From NCBI RefSeq assembly GCF_009914755.1, contig NC_060935.1: DNA of 64,000 bases, one strand, 5' to 3'. The notes beneath the pieces were generated by a model, which saw only the letters and a program-made list of their open reading frames with translations, was not told where the DNA came from and did no database searches. Numbering within the stretch: the first letter of the stretch is position 1; every line of letters starts with the position of its first letter. This DNA is from the human T2T-CHM13v2.0 reference genome, Homo sapiens. A program made the position numbers and the translations under genes. Positions 12,939-24,789 of this stretch are shown here, piece by piece.

Positions 12939-15556
12939 CTGGATGCCGTGGTGTGGGGAAACGGGAGAAGGCTGAATGGGGCAGGGTACACCAGTGCTTC
13001 CCTCTCCCCTCCAGCAACGCAGGCACTGGTCCTGGGCACCAGGAGCCCAGAGGTCCCAACCTGTAGCTTTAGGCCCCTTTCCCTCCCTCGGCCTGTCAAC
13101 CATCCTCTCAGGACCCTGCCGTCTCTGCTGTCAAAAGTCAATGTCCCCTGTGTCCATTTCCAAACCAGGAGGCTGCTAAGTGGCTCCCACACTGACAGCT
13201 GACAATTACTCTGCCACAGGACCCAGCAGAGCGGAGGGTGCTCACTGTCTCCTCCCCACCAACCTTCCCATCGGCCACTCCCCTTAACAAAGGGACATAG
13301 AAGGGAAATAAGAGGCTCTGCCTTACTTCTCCCTGGGTGCTCCTCCCGTATGGCAGGGTCCTCAAGGGTCTCCTACGCACAGCCCACCTCCCTTCCTGCC
13401 CCTCCTCCAGCGATGGCCAATCTCAGTGCCTGGAGACAGTTTCAGCCTCACCATATGGGATGGGACCAATAGGCCTGTTGTGCAGCAAGGAGCAGATGAG
13501 GAGAATGGGAGGTGGGGGAATGTGGGGAGGGCCAGGAAGACACACACGAAGGCGATGCAGGTGACAGGGATATGCACCGGATAGCAACAGGCCACCAGGC
13601 AGAGCTCACATGGGTGGCCACAGCCCCAGCTATCATCTCCACCCCCAGCTCCCTACTCCAAGCCAAGGACGGCGCAGACAGGCCCAAGATGGAGGGCAAA
13701 GAGTGCCTGGATGTGACCTGTGTGTGCCCAGAGAGTAACAGGGCAAGAGCAGGCCTGGGCCTTGTGTGTGTGCATGTCTGTGTGTGTGCATGTATGTCCA
13801 TAGGCACCCGGCACAGGGCCCTTCCACTGGCACTTTTTAAGCAGAAGCAAAAACTACTGGGAGAGGCTGAGGGATTGTCAGCATTCTGTAAGTTGGTAAC
13901 AAGTGAGAAGACAATGACTCAGTAGTACCAAGAAGTTGAGGTTTCTGTCCAACACCAGCACAAGCCAGAGTGCAAGCAGAGAGAAGAGAACCGGATATGA
14001 AGTCAGGACAAACCAGAGGACCTGGGCTCTACCAGTGGCTCACTTCTGGCCATTAAGCAGTGGCACACAGCTGGCCCTGCCTACCTCACTGGACAGGTGC
14101 AGGGCAAACAACACTGGCCGTGAGGGTCTTTATGAAGAGGCCGAGCTAACCAAATGCAGGAATTCTCAATAGATGCTCCCAATGCCCAAGCAAGAACAGG
14201 CACAATGCCAGGGTGCATCCAGGGCCACCAGGAAGCACTTGCCTTCCCCTGGTGGAGGCAGGGCTCAGCAGCAGTGCTATGTGTTGAGGCAGTGGGGTGG
14301 TGGCGGGGGGGGAGTTTCGGAGTGCAGATTCTGCAGATCCCCTCCCCTCCACACACAGCCTGCTTCTCTCTCTCTAGGCAGGCTGCCCACAGCCTCTGTC
14401 CTCACTGCCTCCGGATGCCAAGGCACCAGCTGCTGCCCCAGAGCCTGGCACAGCACTCACTGCAGCTGGCAAGGCCCGGTTTCCTGAGGCCACAGGGCAG
14501 CAAGGCTGGTGGGGGCCTGGGCAACATCGGGACAGTCTGAATCCCTTCCTCTGTCTACTTATGGTACCAGCGGGGAGGGCCAGAAAGCAAAAGTGAGGAC
14601 CCCAGCAGAGACAAGAGGGTAAGGCGGGGAAGAGTGGCAAGGAGGAGGGAAGGAGGGAGGTGGGGCAGAGCCAGGAAAAGGAGAACCATCGCAGAGACAG
14701 ACAAGAAATGAAGACGGCTCAGGGCTGTGAGGGAGCAAGAAGGGATGAGCGCGGCTATCTGGATAAAGAAAAGGAGCAAGCCCTGCGGGAACAGGTACAG
14801 GAGATGGGAAGAGAGCCAGCAACGAAAGTGGACAGGGACCTCTAGGGAACAGAAGCCAAGGCTTTCTGGGGCCTTGCTGTTTCCATAGCAACGAAGCCTG
14901 CTGCCCAGGCACTAGGAGAACCAGGGGGCTCAAGGACCAGAAAAAGGAATGTTTGACCTTGGTTTTGCCACATGTACTAGTCCCACCCAGAAGCCATTCC
15001 TCCCACTCCCTCACCTTCACTGCAGTCAAAGAAAGTATCATTAAAGAGAGTCAAACAGAAAGAAAGAAAAGAATAAGGCAACCATGTGAGTAAGTGATTG
15101 GGACAGAACAAGAGGCCAGCAAAAAGGAAAGAGGCGGGTCTGGGGCTGGACAGTGGCTGCCAAGGCCAAGTGGAGAAACGAGGCCATTTCTCGACTCCTC
15201 AGCCCTGCCTCCAGTCTCCTGGGGTGGGTGGCAAAGCTAGCTACTCTGGAGCCTGCGCCTCCACGGGCTCCAGTCCCTTTACCACCGGAGACCTGGGTCA
15301 GCCCAGAGACGCCAAGAGGCCTGAGGAGCAGCCAAAGAGAACCTGAAAGCCTTCGAGAAGAGGGACAGAAAAAGAGATGAGCAAGTGTGGAAAGAAAACC
15401 CGAAGATGGTGAGGAGAGAGAGAGAGAACCTGAGTAGGGGAGGTCGGAGCATGACTTCAAGGGACTGGTGGAGGGATTCTACTGGGGTGAGCCTGTAGGG
15501 GCGGCGGAGGGGCTCAGCAGAGCACAAACAAGATCTGGGCTGAACAAGCCCTGAAG

Positions 15557-15570
15557 CACCAGGGGGCGCT
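15557..15570 (+). promoter_or_regulatory. CTCF consensus motif
   Basis: CACCAGGGGGCGCT = 14 contiguous matches to the core CCACCAGGGGGCGCTA. Confidence 0.65.
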
Positions 15571-15602
15571 CTCCCCTATCTCGCCGGTCTGGCGCGACTG
15601 GG

Positions 15603-15623
15603 AACTACAACTCCCAGTAGCGC
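15603..15623 (+). promoter_or_regulatory. ZNF143/THAP11-type ACTACA-TCCCA motif
   Basis: AACTACAACTCCCAGTAGCGC. Confidence 0.6.
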
Positions 15624-16233
15624 TTGCACAATTACCGCCCCTAATTGCTCCGGACCGAGAAAGGAAGATAATAGCTGATGCTCGTTTATCTCCCACAGTT
15701 GGGGAGTCTGTAGCCCTACAAGTGTCCCCAGTGAATGTGGCTAGAGACTAGTTGTTGTCGTCCTGCATTTCTGAGAACCATGCATGAGGGACAAAGCAGC
15801 TGCCTTCTTTCCAGGCCCAGCTCCCAGACCTCCTCTGGGAAGGTCTCCAGCGCCCCCCTCCGCCCTCCCTACTCTCGAGCTCTACAGCTGTCTGTTCTGC
15901 TCACTTGGCACTTACTGCCTAATAACATCTTGTACTGCTCCCTGGAGAGGAAATGTGATGTGAGAAAGAAGACCTGGGCGCTAGTGCTGGCTCCACCACC
16001 AGCTTTGTGACCTTCGCTGGTCACAAAGCTGGGCTCTAAGTCCCAGCTTCCCCGTCTGGAAAATGGAGCTGATCATCAGGAACTGCACAGGCTGCTGTGG
16101 GCACCTCAGAAAGAGAAAGGGTGGGGTCCAGCTTCCTCAACCATAAAGCATCCCACAAATAAACGACTCATGCCAGTTGGTAACTTTCTGCTAGTGTCCT
16201 GCCTCTCTCTGTGTCTCCCTCTCTTTCTCAATG

Positions 16234-16360
16234 ATTTTTTTTTTTTTAATGGAGTCTCACCATGTTGCCAGGCTGGTTTTGAACTCCTGGCCTCAAGTGA
16301 TCCTCCCACCTCGGCCTCTCATAGTGCTGGGATTACAGGCATGAGCCACCGTGCCTGGCC
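16234..16360 (-). mobile_element. Alu left monomer / FLAM-like
   Basis: Single-arm Alu consensus with T tail. Confidence 0.8.
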
Positions 16361-17395
16361 TCAATGAATAAATTAACTCCTCTGAAAAGAGTCTGCACTT
16401 TTCATGTACTTTGCATGGACCACACTTTATTGTAGGTGTTAGAACATCAATCAGCCCCTTAGTAACAGAGCCCATTGGCTCATATAAAATAAATTTGCTG
16501 AGCACACAGCTACTTATGTGCCAAGAGCTGTGTGAAGCACCGGGGGCATAGGAACAAAAATATCCAATCCCTGGCCTCAAGGAGCTTGGTCTAGTTGGGG
16601 AAGCAAACAGGTAAAGTGACAGTTATGATACAGTGTGATGAGCCTTCTAGTGGAAGTGTGGACAAAGTGTGGAAGTGACCAGGTTCACCTGGGGTGTTCA
16701 AGGAGACTTCCAGTGTGCATGGCCTGGCTGCTTTTTCAAGAGTCAGACGAAAGAGACACACCAAGTCATTGGGGAGAGGACAAGGATGGCGGAAATCCAG
16801 GCAAACAGAAGAGCAGACTAAAGAATGGAAATGGGACTCCATAGCCCCAGTGCTTGGCACCCACTGGAGTTCCTTGAGGACTTGTTATAGTGGCTTGTAA
16901 ACTTCTTAGGAAAGAGATTGTCTTAAGAAAGGCAGCCTCAGTACAGAAAAAGGAGCTAGAGCCCCCAAGCAGGCTTAAAGGCCCTGTGCTGGCCACAGCT
17001 CCCAATCAGAATTTCCCTGGACTGGGCACCTAGCAGGCTTCCAGAATTTGATGGTTAAATTGGGGTTGCCGTGCTGCCTGGTTGCCTTAACAAAGAAACA
17101 GATACTTCCTAGGGATCAGCCTGAACAACTGCCACATAAAAAGATACCTGTGTTCTAGAAAGAAGTCATCAGAACAACTGGGCTTTGCGAAAGAAATGGA
17201 GGTTTGTGGCCCTTCACATCAGGGCAGCTAATGGGGCCTTTGGAATGGCACTCGGGGAGCAGACCCATCACTTCCCACAGGCCTCAGAGAGGACAAGGGG
17301 ATGTGCCTGCGTTGACTTGGCTTCCCCCCAGGAAGCACAGTTAGCCTGCAGCAGGATGAGGGCTGGGCTCTCTGGGGACCATGGGGGTCACTGAC

Positions 17396-17467
17396 CTTTT
17401 GTTGGCTGGTGCACATCGCCGGCTCCTCCTCTCCCGGCCCCCCCCTCGGAGAACAGTAAGGACCCTA
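17396..17467 (-). CDS. NRXN2: NRXN2-alpha exon 5, SS1 cassette (72 nt; VGSLLFSEGGAGRGGAGDVHQPTK)
   Basis: tctccag|TAGGGTCC...CAAAAG|GTCAGT; symmetric phase 1; matches neurexin-2 SS1 sequence. Confidence 0.92.
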
Positions 17468-19837
17468 CTGGAGAAGCAGAATTGGGGAGTCAGGCACAGG
17501 GGGTACCGAGCCAGTCCCTCCCCAGCCTTGAGGGGATGAAGGGCCCTCTCCAGGGTGGAGGTGCTGCTTGCACGGACAGGGGAGGAGAGGCTTTTCTGGG
17601 GACTCCCTTGCCTTCAAGACCTCTAAGGAAGGAGCCGCTTGACAAACCGAGGGCGATCAGCCCCACAGACCCCATCAGATTCATGATCACCGACTTCCAC
17701 TCTTTGCCTGGGGTGGGGAGACTGGGCAGAGGAACAGAGGCCTCACCATGAGTGCAGGATCCCTCCTTCCCCACAGCAGGCAAACAGGCCAGCCCTCAGC
17801 ACTGGAGGCCCCCAGTTCCCCCTTTCAACTGCTCGCTCATTCTCCTTGCCTCCTCCATGAGGCACATTCTCCCCACCACTCTGCACCTTTGCTCACACCC
17901 TTTATGCTGGGTTAAGTTCACACTTCCCAACTCGTTCAAAAGCCTGACGCAGACACCCCCTCCTCCAGAAACTTCTCCAGATTTATATCCCAAGCTCCTC
18001 TTCTGTTCTTTCCTGTCCTTGAGGCTCTCACTACACCTTGAGGCCATCCACACCTGCTTCATTCACCACAGTGAGTGCTCGGAAGCTCACCCTTGCCCAC
18101 TTCTTTGCCAGTTAGACCCTGGAGCTTCCCAGAGATTTCCAGGGGCTTCCTGTAATTCCTGTCTGTTCTTCATCCCACCATTGTGCCTACAAAAGGGCTG
18201 TGCAAGTCAAAGGAGATCCTCCCTGGAGCTCAGCCTGGATGTGGGCAAGCCCTTTCTCAGGAGTTATTTCTCACTCCCTACCACCCCACTCATCAGCAGC
18301 ACTTAGGCCTCAGTCCAAATGCCCCGGTGGGCACATGTTACCATGTCTGGGTTCCAGGCCAGCTCGAATCTTCACCCCACCTCTCCCCGCTCCAGTGAAC
18401 CTATATACTCAGCACCTGGCTTCCAGGTACCCAGCCCTACTGCCAGATCCACAGGATGGCTTCAGGATGAGAAAACTCAGTGATGAAGGGGAAAAGTCTC
18501 TAAATGGGCTCTTACTTCAACCCCAGTTGCAAATCCCCAAACTTGAACTAGAATAATACTTGAGCTGTGGAACTTTCCAGGGGGGCTTTCTGAGATCCTT
18601 TGGGAGGGCCTTCACTTATGACAAAGGGGAGCCACAGCCAGCACCCATAGAACCAGGCACTGAGAGGCAAGAAGGATGTGAGTGAACCAACCAGGGTTCC
18701 TACTCCTAGCTCTCCATTTGGGACTTCCTCTTTCCCCACACTTCTTGCCATAATTCCACATCCCTGCAAGACTCCAAGGCCTCTACCTCCCCAGACCTAA
18801 ATCCATCCCAAATTTCATATCTATATGAGTTTCTCCCTGCAGCCCAATCTTGGTCCTGCCTACCGGCTAAGGACCCCACTCTGTTCCTCTGTAAGATGAC
18901 CCCCCCACAGAGGGCTGAATTGGGCAGGTCCAACAGTGCCAAAGGGTCTGAAAGGCCAAAACCCTGAGCTCAGAGAGAATCAGTGACAGCAGAGGGCTAG
19001 AGGAGGCCAGAGCTGGAGGAGCTCAGACAGGACTCCTGAGTTCTGTCTCCAGGTTTGCTTAACACCAGGGCTCTCAAAGATGGTAGGCACTTAGTCAAAG
19101 GAGTGCTAAAATTAAATGGCTAGTCCCAACCATACCACCAATAAGGGTTGTGGAATCACTAACAAGTCATTTCATCTCTCTGGTCCTCAACGTCGTCATC
19201 TGTCAAACAGGGTTAAGAGACATTCAAAAGATACAAGGGTGAAGGCGTGCGGGTGGGCAGGGGGTTGGGAGCGCACACTGTGGAAACGGAGAGACCCTAC
19301 ACCTCTACTCCCATTTCCCTTCTCGTCATGGATGGGGGCCTCCCACAGTAGCAAGGTGAGGGTGATGAGACTGCCTAAGACCCTCTTTCTCCAGCCCATG
19401 CTTTTCTCTTGTTACTTAGGTCCATAGAAAAGAAAGAATGATCAGAATGAGTGGAAGGAAATCAAACACCACCATGAGAAAGAAAAAAAAGCAAGATACA
19501 CTACCAGGAAAACGCAAAAAAAGGGTGACTGGAGACAACGGCAGGAGTTCAAACATCTCTTGATGTCAGAAACCAAGGTGAGATGTGGGTGGATGGAGTG
19601 CTTCAGGGTGGGTGAGGGAGAGGGGAGCACACAGACAAGGGCAAGCCCCCACCCCCACCCCAGCACCCCCCAAATAAAATTAAGAAATGGCAAAGGAAGC
19701 GGGTAGGAAAGGAAGGAAGGTGTCAGGACAGGTGGAGGAGGGGAAGGGGACAGGGGAAGGACAGGGAGAAGAACAGAAAATCCAGGCGCAGGTTGGGGGC
19801 AATCCAATCCAAACCAAACCAAAACTTCAAACCATAC

Positions 19838-19867
19838 CTTCGCTGTTTAACGTCAGGTGAGCCGGAC
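19838..19867 (-). CDS. NRXN2: NRXN2-alpha exon 4, SS1 microexon (30 nt; GPAHLTLNSE)
   Basis: tttccaag|GTCCGGCTCACCTGACGTTAAACAGCGAAG|GTATGG; symmetric phase 1. Confidence 0.93.
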
Positions 19868-22800
19868 CTTGGAAAGGGGAAGGAGAGAAAGAAAGAAAGA
19901 AAAAAAGAAGAAGAAAAAAGAAAGAAAAGGGGAAAGAAACAAAGAAAACACGAGTCATCAAAATCAGCCAGAGAGAAGGGAGAAAAAAGCTTTTGCTGCC
20001 ACAATTTAAAAACCTTTTTTAACTTGTGACAGACATCGGGGGGAGCCCCAGCCCAGGAGCTGAGGAGAGGGGCCCGATGCCGAAACAGCGGGTGGAGGGC
20101 ACAACAGGGGAAGAGAGAAAGAGAGATTAGGGGCGTCAGAGAGGGTGAGAGGGGTACAGGCAGAACTGGAGGAAGGAGGGGGCGGGGGGCGCTGCAGCGG
20201 GGAGAGGAGATTTTGGTTTCTTTTTTTCTTCTTGCCGGAAAAAAAAAAAGGAAAAGGAGGAGAAGCATTAGGCTAGGAGGGTTGCTTTTTCCTTTTTCTT
20301 TTTTTCTTTTTTTTTTTCTTCCGGGAGGCGGAGAGAAAAAAAAACAGTCAACGAGAAAAACGATTCAGATGGAGGAGAAAATAAAACACGACACAAAAAT
20401 CAAAGCCACCTGGAGAGAGAGAGAGTGTCCTGTTAGCATGGGATTAAGCGGGCAAGGGGGCCTCCAACCCCCCAACACCCCTAATCCCAGTTACCCCTAG
20501 GATGCTGGTAGAAAAGGGGGAAAGATGGGGGGATATAAAGAACCTGGGCCTAAAAGCATCCCCCACTAAAGCGGGGTTTGGAAGGACACCTGTTGGGTTC
20601 TAATCCTCCCAGCTACCCTTCCCAATAACCTCTGTAGGGGTAGTAGGGACCCTGCACACCTGGGTTCTAAGAGGAAACTGGGGTTCAAGAGGACAAAATT
20701 AGAGAGGAAGCAGGTAGGAGAAGGTAGAATCTACAGAGACACTGAGAGACTGGGGTCAGAGCTCTCAGACAGCAAGGTCCAAAGAGGACAGCCGAGCCCT
20801 ATGGGAGGAAGCCCAGCTCTCTGAAAGGTCCAAGTACATCATTCATAAATTACAGACCCCCTTTCTCTGACCAGGACCTCTCTCAAATGACCCAAAAGCT
20901 GGATTTTGAAAATAGAAAATGGACTGATAGGAAGACCAGCTAGGATTTCCATCCAGGATTACACTGGCCCCTTGAGACAGCCTTGTCAGCCCTAACCCAA
21001 AGTACCCCTCCCCAGCCTTAGTGGGAAGGAATCTGGCCCACTGGATCAGTACCCTTGTCCCCAACAGGCACCAGCCAAGGAAAGCTCTCTCCTAGAGAGG
21101 CTGGCAGCACCAGGCCCCACAGCTGGGCTGAGACCCCAGGGCTTCCTGAGATGGCCAGCCAGCTCCACCAAACCTCAGAGCCCCCCCAGCCCCACTCACT
21201 CCCCTGTGGTGTCTGGCCAAGAGGGTAGGAAGGGGAACAGCCCTGCAGTGCCACTGTCACCCTTGGAAACCAGCCCCACTGCTGTGGCAATGAGATGTGA
21301 ACCCTAGGGATAGAAAGCTGGGGCCAGGATGGAAGTAGCAAGGTTAAAGAGTTACAAGTATTTCTGAGACGAAGCTGGGGGCCAGGATGCCTGGATTCTA
21401 AGAGGAAAGGCAGTGAGGAGGACAGGAAGGACATGGCCAGGGGCCAAAGGCCTGGACCCCGTGGCAGATGGTTCACATTGCCCTCTTTGCCGCATGTCTC
21501 TAGGGTGGCACTGGTTTCTCCCCACCTCTGAGTCTGAGGCCACTTGGAGGAGGAGGCCACAGCCGCTGAGGGCAGCCTCAGGACTGAACAGCTCTTGGGA
21601 GGATGTAGGTTTTTATCCATCACACAGGTAAGGACCCAAGCATTTGAACCGAGTCTCCTCATTCCTTACTCTGAATACCCTCCTACTCTGCCACCAACCC
21701 TTTCCCCAAAAACTACCAGCATCTCCTTCCAAACCCCCTAAACCCAGGACCCAGACCCAGAGCCCTCAACCCACATCCGACTCTCCCGGTCAGAAGCAGC
21801 CTTGCTCTCAGGATCCCACCCTTGAGAATCCAGGTCTCTGCCCACCCCCAGCCCAGGAGCCAGGTGCCCTGTGAACCCACCCTCTGTCTCCCACAGGCCT
21901 GACTGCTGCTGGAGGAAGCCACATCTCCCTCTCCCAGACCCTTCCACTGCCCAGCTCCTCGCCAGCCTCGTTAGCATTCGGCAGTCTCCCTCTGTCACCA
22001 CGGCAACCAGCTGCTCAGCTCCCTCAGGCGTGACAGCACCAGCCATCTTGGTGAAGGGGAGGCTGGTTCCCTTCCTGTCTACCCCTGGCTCAGTCCCAGC
22101 TGGCCCCAGGGTTTTCTCCCTAAAGTCTGTCTCCCCACTAATCTGAAATCTCTGCTCCCTCCTCCTGGCCCCCAGCCCCACTGGGGTATTCACTTCCCCA
22201 CATCCACCTGTGGCATCAGCCCCTCCTCCCACTGCTGGAAAAGAGACTGGCAATGATGGATGGCATTGCCATGGGTCCCTTCCTAGGGCACTTTATCTGG
22301 CTACTTCTGGGTCTCTTTGCCCTGCCACTAGAGGCTGGGAGGAAAAAGGAGGTGTTCGGCAGGGGTGCAGAGCAGGATCTTGGGGTTCCTGGAGAAAGCT
22401 AGGCCTCAGGCACAGTGTCAAGTGGGAAGAAGGCGAAGGTACAGAGGACTCCTTAGAGATATAAGGAGGGCTGCAGGGTCCAGAGCACAGTGCCACAGAG
22501 GAGGCCGCCAGCCCAGCCACGTGGAACCACCACCTGCTAAACCCACCTCCCCATCTTCAGTCTCATCCCCTAACTCTCCTACTGAAACCCCAGAGAGAAC
22601 CACCATCGAAATAAAGATGGTGATAGGTGACCAAATTAAGAGACACACAAGCAGGCACACAGACATGTCTCAGAGTGACACAGAGATGTGTCAGACTCCT
22701 AGGTGTGTATACACACACGCGCACACACACACACACAGCCTCCAATACACAGCCCTGCACAGCCACTGACATGCAGGCATCCACAGTGCCACATCTAAAC

Positions 22801-23506
22801 CAGCAGACCACCATGCCACCCAAAGAAATGGCGAGGTGGCGTCCACAGGCCTCCTTCCCCATGGGTCCCCAAAGCCCAGCTTCCCTTCTTGTTCCTGTCT
22901 ATCAGCCCCTTTCCTCTTCCCTACTCCCACCAGACTCCTTCTTCCCAAGTGCCCCCCTGCCTTTCTTCTTTTGGCCAAGCTGTTCCCCGTTCCTGCCCCA
23001 CCCCCTACAGCTTGAGGCTTGAGTCTTTCTCTTCCCACCCTTCACTTACCCCCTCTCCTTCCTCCATCTCTCTGCTCCCTCCTTTTTTCTCTCCTCCACC
23101 CTTTTTTCCCTTTCTCTCTTCCTCCCTCCATCTCACCCTTTGTTCCGGAGGAGACATGACATCAAGAGCAAGTAAAAGTCACATCAACACTAAATCTTAT
23201 CTCCAGCCCTCAGAAGGCTGCGTCCACCCAGACACGCAGACTCTCTCTGTGACACACACGCAGAGGTAAACACTGACACACGGAGATGCAAACACAGATG
23301 CAGACACACAAAGATGCTGATGCTCTACATAGGCATACAGAAATGTGGGCCACACCACATATGCATCGATGGAGGCGCACAGCACACCCATGCACTCAGA
23401 CACAAAACCATGTTACGTGTACACAGCATATATCCTCAGGCGTGCACACAGACACACAGACCAGCAGAGTTGTATAAATGTATGTGTATGCAGACATACA
23501 TACCCA

Positions 23507-23507
23507 C

Positions 23508-23560
<53 letters not shown>
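23507..23560. repeat. (CA)n microsatellite
   Basis: Visible. Confidence 0.95.
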
Positions 23561-23563
<3 letters not shown>

Positions 23564-24771
23564 GCCTGCTGGGCCCTGGGGACCTGAGGACCCCCAGGGA
23601 AAAGAGACAACCAAGAGAGACAAGTCAGACCATGGACATCACGAGGAAAAATGGGTTCCAGCCCCACACTCAGGCCAAGAGCCTCTTGCTGCCTTTCTTT
23701 CCCAGGACTACTGCATCCCTGGCACTTTCCTCTCCTCCTCCCCAGGGACGCCCTTGCCCTCCCACTCCACCTTCCCAGGAGAAGGGACTGGGATGCCACC
23801 TCATGCCTGCTCTGCTGCCTTCTTCATGGTAGCTATGTGAGCTCATCTTCAACACAGCCTTCAAGCCAGGACTACCTTCTTCCTGCTCTCAGTCCATCCC
23901 AGAGGAGGAGAAGAAACAGGGAAAGCCAAATTGCAAGAGAAAGATTCAGAGAATGACAGAAACCCAGAGAGAGCCTGGGGAAGGAGAGACACATGGTCCA
24001 GGGACAGAGTCTTGGAGAAAAGGAGGTAAAGACAGAAACTGGAGAGGGAGAAGAGGCCAACAAAACAGGAGATAAAGAAAGAACATACAGAGAGACCTGA
24101 GAGAGAGGCACACACCCCACCCTTGCCCTCCGACCTGGATGAAGGAAGAAGCAGCCCACCCCTACCTAGCAACCTGTGGGGCAGCAGCTAGGGGCCTGCC
24201 GCAAGTGGCAAGTGCTGGTCACAGTGGGGCAGAGAAGCTGCTCCCACTATACACCTCCAACCCCCTACTCTGCCAGTGCACTCCACCACCCTCCAGTCCC
24301 CTGAGCCCTGCACAGTGGCACCAGATTCCAGGGCAGATTTTCCCCAAGCACAGGTTTCTGGGGCAACAGCCCACCCCAGCCTGCCCCAGCATCTGGAAAA
24401 TTGCCTTTCTAAGCTTCCTAACTTAGGCTGGGCTAAACGTTGTCTACCCACTCACTTCTGGGCACTTCGGAATCCTGTCAGCCCCATCCCTCCACCCCCA
24501 CCGCTCATCTCTTCCCTAAGTTTCCCTTTCCCTCTCCAGCGTGGAGAGGGAAAGGAAGAAGAAAGGCCAGTCAGCAGCTCCCCCGAAACTCATGAAGAGG
24601 GGACGCAAGAGAGTGGGGCAAGGCAGCCAAGGGAGGACCCCAGACATCCTTCTCCGGAGAGGCCCTAAACATGGCAGGAAAGGGAGTCCTTGGGTAGCCA
24701 ACGACAGTCCCTCATGTAGGATCCCCATGGCAACAGATCCACTACCCCAGTGACAGAGAGGCTTCACTCAC

Positions 24772-24789
24772 CTTCCATGGGGTGCTCCT
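24772..24789 (-). CDS. NRXN2: NRXN2-alpha exon 3, SS1 microexon (18 nt; EEHPME)
   Basis: gctgcag|AGGAGCACCCCATGGAAG|GTGAGT; symmetric phase 1. Confidence 0.93.
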
